Positions 18,781 to 28,454 of a stretch of DNA of 64,000 nucleotides are shown in pieces. This DNA is from a virus. Its lineage: Duplodnaviria > Caudoviricetes. A model generated the notes under the pieces. It was not told the origin of the DNA, did no database searches, and saw nothing but the letters and a program-made list of their open reading frames with translations. A program made the position numbers and the translations under genes. Location: IMG/VR virus record IMGVR_UViG_3300010011_000004, positions 21,788-85,787 of that record; one strand, written 5' to 3'. Positions within the stretch are counted from its first letter, which is position 1, and each line of letters begins with the position of its first letter.

Positions 18781-20088
18781 ATGTCTGTTATAAATGATCA
18801 AGTTTCTTTTAAAAATTTGTATAAGGAATTGTTCGGCGAACCTTCGCCATTAAATGAAAGAAAAGATATAGATGTAAATGCTTTAGAAGTTATGAAGCTA
18901 AGATATTTTATTGATTTACCTGACGGACAAAAAGAAAGTAGCTTTTCACAGCTTTGTAGAAGGGTCGCCAGAGTAGTTGCTTCAGGTGAATATAGAGATG
19001 ATATGCCAGATGAAGATTTAAATTACATACTTAATATTGAGGAAAGTATATATAACGATATGATGAGCCATAGATTTTTATTTAACTCTCCAGCGTTATT
19101 TTCTGCTGGTACTGGTATAAGTGCTAATAAAAATCTGAGCAATTATCTCTATAAGCCGCTTACCCGTGGTAATTATTCTGAAATAAGAGAAACATATGAA
19201 AAAATATCTAAGAATTATAGCAGAAACCAAATGATGTTCGCATGCTTTACTATTGAAGTTCCAGATTCGATCGAAGGAATATTTGACAGCGTAAAAAATG
19301 CTGCCATTATTTCTAAATTTGGTGGTGGTGTAGGAGCTAATTTTGGATCATTGAGAGAAAAAGGAGCTCCAATAGCTGGTGGTTGTGGTGGTCAAGCTTC
19401 TGGTCCTGTATCTTTCATGCAGAACTGGAATACTATGGGATCGACTGTCGTACAAGGTGGTAAAAGACGAGCTGCTCTAATGGGTATGCTCAACGTTCAT
19501 CATCCTGATATCGAAGAATTTATCTCATGCAAAGAAAACGACGGCAATTTAAGTTATTTCAACATTTCGGTCGCTATAGATGACAAATTTATGAATGCCG
19601 TTAAGAATGACGAGATGTATGATCTTATCTCTCCTAATACTGGTAGAGTTGTAAAGACCGTGAGAGCTAGAGATCTTTGGAAAAAAATATGTACCAATGC
19701 CCATAAAAATGGAGATCCAGGTGTCTTCTTTATTGACATAGCTAACCGGGATAACCTGCTTAAAAATGATAGAAAATACTATATTGAATCGACAAATCCA
19801 TGTTTAACCGGAGATACTTTAGTAATTACAAAAGATGGGGAAAAACGAATTGATAAAATAACGACTGAAGATTATGTTTTAACAGCTGATACTGAAACAA
19901 AAGAGTTATCATACGAAAAAGTTGAATTTAGTGGTTGTACTAAAAGAAATGCAAACATAATAGAAATAGAATTAGAAGATGGAAAAATTTTAAGATTAAC
20001 TCCAGATCATAAAGTTTTTACTGAGAACCGAGGGTATGTAGAAGCTAGTCAGCTTTTAGATACTGATGTTATAGTTATAGTCGAATAG
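18781..20088 (+). CDS. nrdJ: Class II (B12) ribonucleotide reductase N-terminal half fused to IntN of a split intein
   Basis: FLFNSP, ACF, GGGVG, VVQGGKRRAALM, GDPGV, then ESTNP|CLTGDT (intein block A) and TPDHKV (block B), then stop. Confidence 0.92.
   Translation: MSVINDQVSFKNLYKELFGEPSPLNERKDIDVNALEVMKLRYFIDLPDGQKESSFSQLCRRVARVVASGEYRDDMPDEDLNYILNIEESIYNDMMSHRFLFNSPALFSAGTGISANKNLSNYLYKPLTRGNYSEIRETYEKISKNYSRNQMMFACFTIEVPDSIEGIFDSVKNAAIISKFGGGVGANFGSLREKGAPIAGGCGGQASGPVSFMQNWNTMGSTVVQGGKRRAALMGMLNVHHPDIEEFISCKENDGNLSYFNISVAIDDKFMNAVKNDEMYDLISPNTGRVVKTVRARDLWKKICTNAHKNGDPGVFFIDIANRDNLLKNDRKYYIESTNPCLTGDTLVITKDGEKRIDKITTEDYVLTADTETKELSYEKVEFSGCTKRNANIIEIELEDGKILRLTPDHKVFTENRGYVEASQLLDTDVIVIVE
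19801..20085 (+). other. Split intein N-fragment (IntN, 95 aa)
   Basis: Begins with Cys1 right after NP; block B TPDH; ends NRGYVEASQLLDTDVIVIVE-stop. Confidence 0.9.
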
Positions 20089-20158
20089 TGTTATAACACA
20101 TGGATTCATACAAAATTAAACTTAATTATATAAGATCTTATAATTAGGAGAGATTTGT

Positions 20159-20908
20159 ATGAATCCATGGAATATTAAAATGAATATAGATTTTGATCCT
20201 GAAATTAAAAAAAGAATATTAGAATATTATAATAAAATTATTAGTTATGGCAGGAGTTCAAAAAGAAAAGAAGCTTTAAAATATATTCAATTAGATTCAG
20301 AAGCAGTTGAATATTTAACTAAAAAATATGTTCATGAACAATATGGTTATAAAATGTTAGGAAGAGCTTTAGATTTATCATATTCTAGAGTTAGAGTGTT
20401 AATAAAAGATTATTTGAAAATTGAGGTTAGAACAGGATATAAGGTTGTTACGGATAGAGTTAAAAAGTTTAGATCAGACAGAGTTAAAGGAGATTTAAAT
20501 CCATGGGCCCATATATTACCACATCAGATAAAAAATCAAAGAAGTATACAGGGTTTTTATATTAAAAAAGATGGTACTAAAATATGGCTTAGATCAACAT
20601 GGGAGTATATATATGCTAAATGGTTAGAAAAAAATAATATTAATTTTACTGTAGAAACATTTAAATTTAAACTTTCTAATAATGAATTTTATATACCTGA
20701 CTTTTTTATTTATGATTCATTTGGAAATATAGATTTTATAGTTGAAATAAAAGGTTATAAATCTAGAATGTATAAAACTGAAATGTTTAAAAATGAATAT
20801 CCTGAGTATAAACTGATTATTATTACTAATATATCTTCATATTGTAAAAACTATAAAACGGAGGTACAAACATGGAGAAATCTTTGTCAATTAAATCATG
20901 TAAAATAA
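20159..20908 (+). CDS. Free-standing endonuclease between intein halves (HTH + PD-(D/E)xK, TnsA-N-like)
   Basis: RSTWEYIYAKWLE...YIPDFFI...IVEIKGY; N-terminal HTH-like segment. Confidence 0.75.
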   Translation: MNPWNIKMNIDFDPEIKKRILEYYNKIISYGRSSKRKEALKYIQLDSEAVEYLTKKYVHEQYGYKMLGRALDLSYSRVRVLIKDYLKIEVRTGYKVVTDRVKKFRSDRVKGDLNPWAHILPHQIKNQRSIQGFYIKKDGTKIWLRSTWEYIYAKWLEKNNINFTVETFKFKLSNNEFYIPDFFIYDSFGNIDFIVEIKGYKSRMYKTEMFKNEYPEYKLIIITNISSYCKNYKTEVQTWRNLCQLNHVK

Positions 20909-22563
20909 AAAGGATTAGAGTAGTAGAAAATGAAGATGTTTATGACATTAGAGTTAAAAAGAATCATAATTTTTTTGCTAATGGAATTTTAGTACATAAT
21001 TGTGGAGAGCAGCCATTACCAAATGATTCAAGCTGCAATTTAGGATCGATTAATTTAGCTGAATTCGTCGATCCAACGTATGGATTTAATTATAAAGAAT
21101 TTGAAAACCAGATCTTGAGGGCGATGTATTATTTAGATCTGGTTATAGACGTAACTAGTTATCCACTTAAAAAAATAGAGAAGAATACAAAAGATATCCG
21201 TCCGGTTGGATTGGGTATTATGGGTTTGGCTGATGCTTGCATTTTGATGGGTATTAAATACGGATCGAGAGATTTTGAGATGTTCGTCGAAAGAATAGCG
21301 ATAACATTAGCTTCTTGTTCGCTTATTGCTACGGTATCAATGGCAGCAATGAAAGGACCATATCCTCATTTTGATGATGAATTCGGTGAGAGAAAATACC
21401 TGAACAGTGTGCTTAAAGCTGAAGATATAACTGAAGATAATATAGATGATTTAATAACAAATAAGATATATAATGATACTGATTTTCCTATATCATTTAA
21501 AAAAGCAATTATAACCAGCTATTTAGACATTAAATCTAAGGCTGGAATTAAAAAAGCTGTAGAATTTTTTAAGCATCTATTTTCAACTAAACCAGGTAAA
21601 GGAGGATTGAGAAATTCTAGAAGATTATCAATAGCTCCAACAGGAACGATATCATTGCTTTTGAATACAAGCTCTGGTATTGAGCCTAATTTTTCATATG
21701 AATGGACACGACAAGTTACTTTATCTCCTAATGAAAAACGACAGCTAACGTATTATCATAGGTTTTATACTCCGCAGAACAAAGAGAAAGGCTTATTAGT
21801 TACAGCGCATGATATATCACCTGAACAACATGCTAGAGTAGTGTCTATATTTGCTCCTTATATTGATAGCGCTATAAGTAAGACGGTTAATATGCCGCAT
21901 GATGCGACTGTAGAAGATGTTGAAAAGGTATATGAATACTGCTTCGAACACGGAATAAAAGGAATTACAATTTACAGAGATGGTTCTCGAGATGAACAGC
22001 CGATCAAAAAGATTGAGACAGAAAATGATCCCGGTAAGAAGGCGAAAATCAAATCAAGACCTAAATTTATGCAAGGAGTTACTACTAAATCAGATTCGCC
22101 ATACGGATCGATTTATGTAACAGCTAATTTTGATGATGAAGGTAAAATGTTTGAGACGTTCATTTCTGCCGGCAAGTCCGGGAGTGTATCCAAATCTATA
22201 ACTGAAGCTTTAAGCAGAGTAATAAGTTTAGCTTTAAGGGCAGGTGTAGATATAGAAGATCTGATTAGCACTATTAATAATATATCGGGTTCTGAAGTTT
22301 GGGTATATGATTCTTTAGACGGCGAAGAGATCGTAGTTAAAAGTATTCCAGATGCTGTAGGAAAAATGCTTAGGGATTTAAATAATTATTACACAATGCT
22401 TTTTAAGAAAGATTCAACAGCTAGAAGCAATCAACCTACCAATTCAAATAACAGTAAGACTTTTGGCCATTATCGCAGTTCCTGCCCAGAATGTGGATCA
22501 TTTATGATACCCGCATCTGGATGCGCTGTTTGTCCTAATTGCGGATATTCGGATTGTAAATAA
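20872..22563 (+). CDS. nrdJ: IntC (43 aa) fused to class II RNR C-terminal half
   Basis: Own RBS GGAGG. VYDIRV...NFFANGILVHN|CGEQPL...CNLGSINL, IAPTGTIS, SGIEP, SKTVN, TSCPD-like domain, C-terminal CPEC/CPNC. Confidence 0.92.
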   Translation: MEKSLSIKSCKIKRIRVVENEDVYDIRVKKNHNFFANGILVHNCGEQPLPNDSSCNLGSINLAEFVDPTYGFNYKEFENQILRAMYYLDLVIDVTSYPLKKIEKNTKDIRPVGLGIMGLADACILMGIKYGSRDFEMFVERIAITLASCSLIATVSMAAMKGPYPHFDDEFGERKYLNSVLKAEDITEDNIDDLITNKIYNDTDFPISFKKAIITSYLDIKSKAGIKKAVEFFKHLFSTKPGKGGLRNSRRLSIAPTGTISLLLNTSSGIEPNFSYEWTRQVTLSPNEKRQLTYYHRFYTPQNKEKGLLVTAHDISPEQHARVVSIFAPYIDSAISKTVNMPHDATVEDVEKVYEYCFEHGIKGITIYRDGSRDEQPIKKIETENDPGKKAKIKSRPKFMQGVTTKSDSPYGSIYVTANFDDEGKMFETFISAGKSGSVSKSITEALSRVISLALRAGVDIEDLISTINNISGSEVWVYDSLDGEEIVVKSIPDAVGKMLRDLNNYYTMLFKKDSTARSNQPTNSNNSKTFGHYRSSCPECGSFMIPASGCAVCPNCGYSDCK

Positions 22564-22582
22564 TTAGAAGGAGGTCATAAAG

Positions 22583-22948
22583 ATGGGTAGTCGTACGAAA
22601 ACTAAATCAAGACAAAAAGAAATAACTAATGTTTCTAAATTAAGCAATAAAGTTATGACATTAGAATCAAATCTTTCAGAGACAGAAGTTTCAGTATTCC
22701 AATCAGTTGTAAGGTTAGAAGCTCTGATTAAAATGTTGATCGAAAAAAATATAATTGATCAAGAAGAATTTTTTGATTATGTCGAAAAAACAGTTGAATT
22801 TTACCGATCACAAGCTGCTGTAGAGGATACGTCATCAGATAGTGATGTTCAAAAACGAGTTCCTGGTACTGGTAAAATGAAAATAGAAGTCTTGGATATA
22901 TCACCAGAATCAAAAGATGGTGAATTTCAAGAAGATTATGATATATAA
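22583..22948 (+). CDS. Hypothetical protein, 121 aa
   Basis: RBS aggagg; co-oriented with nrdJ. Confidence 0.65.
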   Translation: MGSRTKTKSRQKEITNVSKLSNKVMTLESNLSETEVSVFQSVVRLEALIKMLIEKNIIDQEEFFDYVEKTVEFYRSQAAVEDTSSDSDVQKRVPGTGKMKIEVLDISPESKDGEFQEDYDI

Positions 22949-22986
22949 ATATCAGATAGCGATTTTTTAATTATTGTAAAATAAAT

Positions 22987-23015
22987 GTAAACCACCTTTT
23001 GGTGGTTTACTTTTT
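22987..23015 (+). terminator. Intrinsic terminator
   Basis: gtaaaccacc-tttt-ggtggtttac followed by ttttt. Confidence 0.65.
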
Positions 23016-23020
23016 ATTGG

Positions 23021-25915
23021 ATGCGTGATATAATATATAAATGTAAATATATTTGGAAAGGTCGGGTTTTCATGGTTAGAAAAATCAGTTTTTTACCGAC
23101 AAAGGTAAAATATAACAGTAAAAATAAATGTATTGATATGTATTATAGGACGAAAGGGGCAAACAAGTTAAATCATGTTTCTGTTCCTTTCGATCATTAT
23201 ATATACATGTCGACAAAGTTTAGAAAATACGGCATTAATGATGTTGTGTATAAACATTTAAACACAGATGAAGATATGGTAAAAGTATATATCAATCCAG
23301 ATGAAGCTTATAATCTTTACAAAACATCTAATATGCAGCATGGTGAAGCTGATGTATCGCCAGAACAAAGATTTATGTGCGATACATTTTATGATGTTGA
23401 ATTTCCATCCAGTATATCTCCAAGAATATATTATTTGGATATTGAAGCGTATGTTACTGACGGAAATATGCCAAGTTTTAAGAATAATTTGGCAGATATA
23501 TCTGCTATCACTATATATGATAATTACACAAATAAATATTATTGCTGGTTCTTGGTGCCGAAAAATATAACTAAAGATGTGGCGCCAATGCAGTCAGATA
23601 TAGAAAATGAAGTTAAAGAGTACGGAGACGCTGAAATATATCTATTTAATAGTCCAAAACCACTGCTTGTTTCTTTCATTCAATTTGTTGTTAAGGAATG
23701 CCCAGATATTATCACTGCATGGAACAGTAAGTTTGATATTCCATACATATGTCGTAAAATTATTGATTATGTTGGTGTGGAAGGATTGAGGATGTTAAGC
23801 CCGTTTGGTACGATCAGCTCTAAAATCAAATATGCTTTAGAAAATGATACAGATTTGGAAATTGATACTGTTATTCCTGGTATTGATATTATAGATATGC
23901 TTACACTTTATAAAAAATATACTGATACTGAAAAGCCTTCATATGCATTGAAATTCATAGCTGAAGAAGAGCTCGGCGAATCAAAATTGGTAAATGGTGA
24001 TGATGATGAAGATTACGTCGATCTCTCTGATCTGTATTTAAATAATTTTGTTAAATTTTGTAAATATAATGTACAAGACGTCAGATTGCTAACTATGCTA
24101 GAAGACAAATTAAAAATACTTAATCTCGCCATAACTATCAGAAATATATCCAAGATAAATTTCCAAGATATATTCTTTGAGACCAGAATAATAGACAACT
24201 TGTTGCTGATGGAAGCAGTCAGACGTAGAGAAACAGAAGGTTGGAGATATGTTTTACCTTCCAAGCCGAAGTATATAACTAAGGGCAAATATCTCGGCGC
24301 ATATGTAAAACCACCGTTGAAGGGTTTGTTTAAATGGGTATCAGATCTAGATTTTAAATCACTGTATCCATCTATAGTTAAAACATTTATGCTTTCTTCT
24401 GAGTCTTTAGTAGGAAAAATAGACTGTTATCAACAAGTTGTTGCTTATACAGTAGCGAAAGTATTAGGCATCAACGATTTATTATATATTAAAGAAGAGT
24501 TATTACCAAGATATTTGCAATATGATGTCAGATTACTTAAAGATATAGAAAATGATGATATAGATTTACAGTTAATCGACAAAAAGAATATTGATATGGA
24601 AGTTGAGTATTACGAACTCTATAAAAATCGCGGTTTTCCGACAAAATTCGAAAATCTGAAAGATCTAAGGAAATGGTTGAAAGATAATAACTATTGCCTT
24701 CTGCCAAATGGTTTAATAGTCGATCAAAATAAGAGCGATGCTATTATCGCTAAAATTATCGATGATATTATGAAGTCAAGAGAGAAATACAAGAAACTCA
24801 TGCTAAATCATTTAGCGAATGGTAATACTAATCTTTATAATATATATAATACATATCAAACTGCTGTTAAAATCATTAATAATTCGGTATACGGCGCAAC
24901 AGCCAATGAAAATTTCAGACTTTACAATTTGGATATATCAGAAGGTATCACAACATCAGGACAGCTACTTATTCGTACATGTACTTATCTGATGAATAAA
25001 TATTTAAACAATAAAGCTCAGTATACGGAAGAAAAAGATTTTGTTATAACAAATGATACTGATTCAATCATATTCACTATAGCCGATTTTGTTAAATATG
25101 ATACAACAGTTAGAGATCCGGAGGTCTTAAAAGAGATAGCTTCGATATCGAAAGAATGTCAAGATTACATTAATGAGTCGATGCTCTGGATTTGCAAAGA
25201 TTTGTTTTATAAATCCAACATCAATAAATCTAACAATTTCTTGACTATAAAGAACGAATGGCTGGCTGACACCGGAATATTTGTAGCTAAAAAAGCATAT
25301 GCTATTCACATTATATTCAATGAAGGAGTACCAGTAGATAAGTTGAAATCGGTCGGGATATCACTTAGAAGGTCCAGCACACCTAAAGCGCTAAAACCGT
25401 TTATTGAGAAAGTTTTATTAAGTATATTGCAGTTAAAAAGTAAGGAAGAAATTGACGCAATAATTATAGAAGAATGTAATAAATTAAAGAATGAATATCA
25501 TATAAAAGATATTGCTCTTCCTATATCTGTGAATAATATCGATTCATATGTTAAAAATCTGCCGGTACATATAAGAGGAGCTAGAGTGTGGAATGAATAC
25601 TTTGCTGAAAAAGAAACCGATAAAATAAAGACCGGCAAAGTTAAATACATATACGTTAAGAAGTGGAAAAATCCTGAGTTAAATATAAAGAAAGAGTATG
25701 TTATTTCAGTTCCTGATGAAGGTTGTTATTGGCACCTGATCGCTGATAAATTCACTGTAGATTATGATAAGATGAAAGAAAGGCTGATCATTAAACCAGT
25801 AGAATCATTTTATAATGCATTAAACTGGCAGCTGCCATTTGAAGTTACATCGAACAGCAGCGGTGTATTCAATAAAATAGCTGGTAAGAAGCGTAATAAA
25901 ATAAAATTAATCTAG
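23021..25915 (+). CDS. Family B DNA polymerase (T4 gp43-like); likely start at ATG 23072
   Basis: Exo I LDIE, Exo II WNSKFD, Exo III YNVQD, motif A DFKSLYPS, B KIINNSVYG, C NDTDS. Confidence 0.95.
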   Translation: MRDIIYKCKYIWKGRVFMVRKISFLPTKVKYNSKNKCIDMYYRTKGANKLNHVSVPFDHYIYMSTKFRKYGINDVVYKHLNTDEDMVKVYINPDEAYNLYKTSNMQHGEADVSPEQRFMCDTFYDVEFPSSISPRIYYLDIEAYVTDGNMPSFKNNLADISAITIYDNYTNKYYCWFLVPKNITKDVAPMQSDIENEVKEYGDAEIYLFNSPKPLLVSFIQFVVKECPDIITAWNSKFDIPYICRKIIDYVGVEGLRMLSPFGTISSKIKYALENDTDLEIDTVIPGIDIIDMLTLYKKYTDTEKPSYALKFIAEEELGESKLVNGDDDEDYVDLSDLYLNNFVKFCKYNVQDVRLLTMLEDKLKILNLAITIRNISKINFQDIFFETRIIDNLLLMEAVRRRETEGWRYVLPSKPKYITKGKYLGAYVKPPLKGLFKWVSDLDFKSLYPSIVKTFMLSSESLVGKIDCYQQVVAYTVAKVLGINDLLYIKEELLPRYLQYDVRLLKDIENDDIDLQLIDKKNIDMEVEYYELYKNRGFPTKFENLKDLRKWLKDNNYCLLPNGLIVDQNKSDAIIAKIIDDIMKSREKYKKLMLNHLANGNTNLYNIYNTYQTAVKIINNSVYGATANENFRLYNLDISEGITTSGQLLIRTCTYLMNKYLNNKAQYTEEKDFVITNDTDSIIFTIADFVKYDTTVRDPEVLKEIASISKECQDYINESMLWICKDLFYKSNINKSNNFLTIKNEWLADTGIFVAKKAYAIHIIFNEGVPVDKLKSVGISLRRSSTPKALKPFIEKVLLSILQLKSKEEIDAIIIEECNKLKNEYHIKDIALPISVNNIDSYVKNLPVHIRGARVWNEYFAEKETDKIKTGKVKYIYVKKWKNPELNIKKEYVISVPDEGCYWHLIADKFTVDYDKMKERLIIKPVESFYNALNWQLPFEVTSNSSGVFNKIAGKKRNKIKLI

Positions 25916-25948
25916 ATAAGGTAAGATAGAATATAAGGAGGAAATAAA

Positions 25949-26452
25949 ATGACACAAAAATTTATTATCCATGAAGATTGTGAGTTATATACATCACACG
26001 GCAGTGTTAGCATGCCTGTTATATTTAATGCTTTCAAGAAGGGCGCGCTGACACCTGATTTTAAAGTCGCTGGCTTTAAGCCGCAAGGAGAAGAAACTTC
26101 AAATATATTGGACGTTAAAGATATATATGCCGCTACTGGTAAATTAATACGAGTTTCTGGTGCCGGTTTACGCGATCATAATATTATAATATATCCTTAT
26201 CATAAGATTATGAACATTGAAGGAAAAGCTGTAGAAGTTACGAGCTTAAAACCAAACGATGTAACTATATCTATGAATGGATTTTTAACTATTGGATTTA
26301 TAGCTGATCTTGGAGAAAAAGAAATGCAGAAATTCTATCTTGTTGAATTAAATGACAATATGAAAACGTTATTTGTAAGTAATGTCATCTTATTTTCACT
26401 TGAGGAGAGTAAAAAGGAAGACCCTTTTTTCGATCAAACATCACCAGATTAA
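25949..26452 (+). CDS. Free-standing degenerate Hint (intein-like) domain protein 1
   Basis: Blocks: IHEDCELYTSHG (A-like), IIIYPYHKI (B), EVTSLKPND, FYLVEL (F), LFVSNVILFS (G-like). No Cys1 and no terminal His-Asn. Confidence 0.6.
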   Translation: MTQKFIIHEDCELYTSHGSVSMPVIFNAFKKGALTPDFKVAGFKPQGEETSNILDVKDIYAATGKLIRVSGAGLRDHNIIIYPYHKIMNIEGKAVEVTSLKPNDVTISMNGFLTIGFIADLGEKEMQKFYLVELNDNMKTLFVSNVILFSLEESKKEDPFFDQTSPD

Positions 26453-26469
26453 AAAGGTGGATCCATAAT

Positions 26470-27003
26470 ATGGTTAATGATGCAACAAAATCATACATAG
26501 TTATTGATGATTACAAAGTAGCTAGCACTAAAAAATTATCACCTAATTTTATGGCCAAAGATTTCAGATGTGGTCATTGCGGTACATTAGTATTAAATGA
26601 GGATCTACTTAACAGACTAGAAAAATTAGTATCTAATATTGGACCGATTAAAATAATACAAGGCTATCGATGCCCTGATTTTAATAAAGTCATTGGATCA
26701 TATGAAGATAGCCCACATGTCAAAGGTGAAGCCGCTGATTTTATTATAAATAGTAAATTGAATGGATTTGAAACGTTTCTTAAAACTAAAAATATTTTTA
26801 ATCATGTTGGATTTAATCAATTTAGATTCAATAGAAAGCTTTCTTATATACATGTAGATGTAGGAGAAAAACCGTTATATTGGATGTCGTATTACGATGA
26901 TTATCTGAAAAAGAGAGTTTATATTTATTTTAATACTTTAGATCACATGATTGCTGCCATGGAAAAAGATAAGCAGCATGATTGGTTTAATATGGTGATA
27001 TAA
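26470..27003 (+). CDS. Peptidase M15 family Zn peptidase (cell-wall hydrolase)
   Basis: GYRC..FN..IG...SPH..GEAAD...YIHVD. Confidence 0.85.
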   Translation: MVNDATKSYIVIDDYKVASTKKLSPNFMAKDFRCGHCGTLVLNEDLLNRLEKLVSNIGPIKIIQGYRCPDFNKVIGSYEDSPHVKGEAADFIINSKLNGFETFLKTKNIFNHVGFNQFRFNRKLSYIHVDVGEKPLYWMSYYDDYLKKRVYIYFNTLDHMIAAMEKDKQHDWFNMVI

Positions 27004-27004
27004 A

Positions 27005-27457
27005 ATGGCAGAAATTAATTTTAATGAGTTTTTTCATAATTTATCAGATAAACCGTTATTACGTGAGTATGTGAATGAAATAGTTGAGATGTATGGAATT
27101 CCTTGTAAACTATTGTCGTGGAAAGGTATTCAAGCAGCGCTAGATCCAATATATCAAGATGCTCCTACATTATTTGATAAAGATATAGATTTATATGATG
27201 TTAAAAACACACATATCTATGTAGATTATAATCGTTTTAACGCTATACTTAAAGCTTACGGACAAGCTATCGAGCCAGATACAACGATAAATGGAATAAT
27301 GAAATTTGATGACCATCCAAAAGAAGACGATATAGTTGAGCTTAAGCTACCATATGATGATGTACTATATCGATTCAGATTAGGCAGTACTGATGTGCAT
27401 AAAGATATATGCTATAGTGTCGTGTTGAATATCTATCATCAAGATAGAAAGGATTAA
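27005..27457 (+). CDS. Possible head-completion/neck protein (gp14-like)
   Basis: EYVNEIVEMYGIPC resembles gp14-type N-termini; weak. Confidence 0.4.
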   Translation: MAEINFNEFFHNLSDKPLLREYVNEIVEMYGIPCKLLSWKGIQAALDPIYQDAPTLFDKDIDLYDVKNTHIYVDYNRFNAILKAYGQAIEPDTTINGIMKFDDHPKEDDIVELKLPYDDVLYRFRLGSTDVHKDICYSVVLNIYHQDRKD

Positions 27458-27465
27458 GATAACAG

Positions 27466-27843
27466 ATGAATTATAAAAGATTAATCGCTGCTTTAAAATT
27501 TAAACAGCAAAGAAACAGCACATACTTTATTGTAAAATCGAAATTTGAATATAAAAAACAAGAGTTTAAAATATATCCTGGAGGTTTATTATTATTCACC
27601 GATATTCCAGCAGGAGATACCGATTATGTATTTATGAGCATAATATATAAAACTAAACCTCTAAGAAGTAATATTATTATATCAGATAAAGACGAAGGTT
27701 TAATTAAGCTTAAATACACTGATTTGGCTAATTTAATTATAGCTAAAAAAGTAGAAGCATATTATACTGATAAAAATGCCATGGATAGAGAAATTTATGA
27801 TATTATTAATGAAAATAAAGGAGAGATGAATAATGGAGGTTAG
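27466..27843 (+). CDS. Hypothetical protein, 125 aa
   Basis: Intact ORF within the operon. Confidence 0.6.
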   Translation: MNYKRLIAALKFKQQRNSTYFIVKSKFEYKKQEFKIYPGGLLLFTDIPAGDTDYVFMSIIYKTKPLRSNIIISDKDEGLIKLKYTDLANLIIAKKVEAYYTDKNAMDREIYDIINENKGEMNNGG

Positions 27844-28432
27844 CTTGTTACATTTTACTCCACTTGATATAGCTTTAGAAGCTGGATTGATCTGCACTAA
27901 TACAGAAAATAAAAAGGATAGATATAATCCGGTGGAATTTTTATTGAAACTAGTTTCTCAAGGACACGAGAGTGTTATTGAGCATATCAATTACAATTTT
28001 CGTATAAGCGGAGTATCTAGAGCATTATTGCAAGAATTAGCCAGGCATAGACATATTTCTTTAAGCGTACAATCGACTAGATGGGCTTTAAATAAAATAA
28101 CTGACAACGAACGAATATTTTCAGTAAATGAAGAATCGACGGATGCTGATAAAAAACAACTATTAGAAAATCTTAAAAAAGTTTCAGACGCTTTAAATGA
28201 GCAAATAAAATACGCAGCACAACAAGGTATACCAAATGATATTTTAAAATATTATGTGCAAGAATCATTATCGACTAAATTAATGCTTACTTTAAACGCT
28301 CGTGAATTACGCCACATCTTTTCATTACGTACAAGCCAAAGAGCTTTAAAGGAATTTCAGTTATTATGTAGAGAATTATATAATCAATTACCAGATGATC
28401 ATAAGCAATTATATAAGGAGTTTTTTACTTAA
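27833..28432 (+). CDS. thyX: Flavin-dependent thymidylate synthase
   Basis: GHESVIEH, SRALLQELARHRHISLSVQSTR, NARELRH. Confidence 0.93.
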   Translation: MEVSLLHFTPLDIALEAGLICTNTENKKDRYNPVEFLLKLVSQGHESVIEHINYNFRISGVSRALLQELARHRHISLSVQSTRWALNKITDNERIFSVNEESTDADKKQLLENLKKVSDALNEQIKYAAQQGIPNDILKYYVQESLSTKLMLTLNARELRHIFSLRTSQRALKEFQLLCRELYNQLPDDHKQLYKEFFT

Positions 28433-28454
28433 ATATTAAAAGGGAGTTGTACAG

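Noticed and set aside
20088-20872. Group I intron or ribosomal bypass as the explanation for the nrdJ gap
   Set aside because: No ribozyme core motifs; both flanks carry complementary intein halves, and the downstream ORF has its own RBS.
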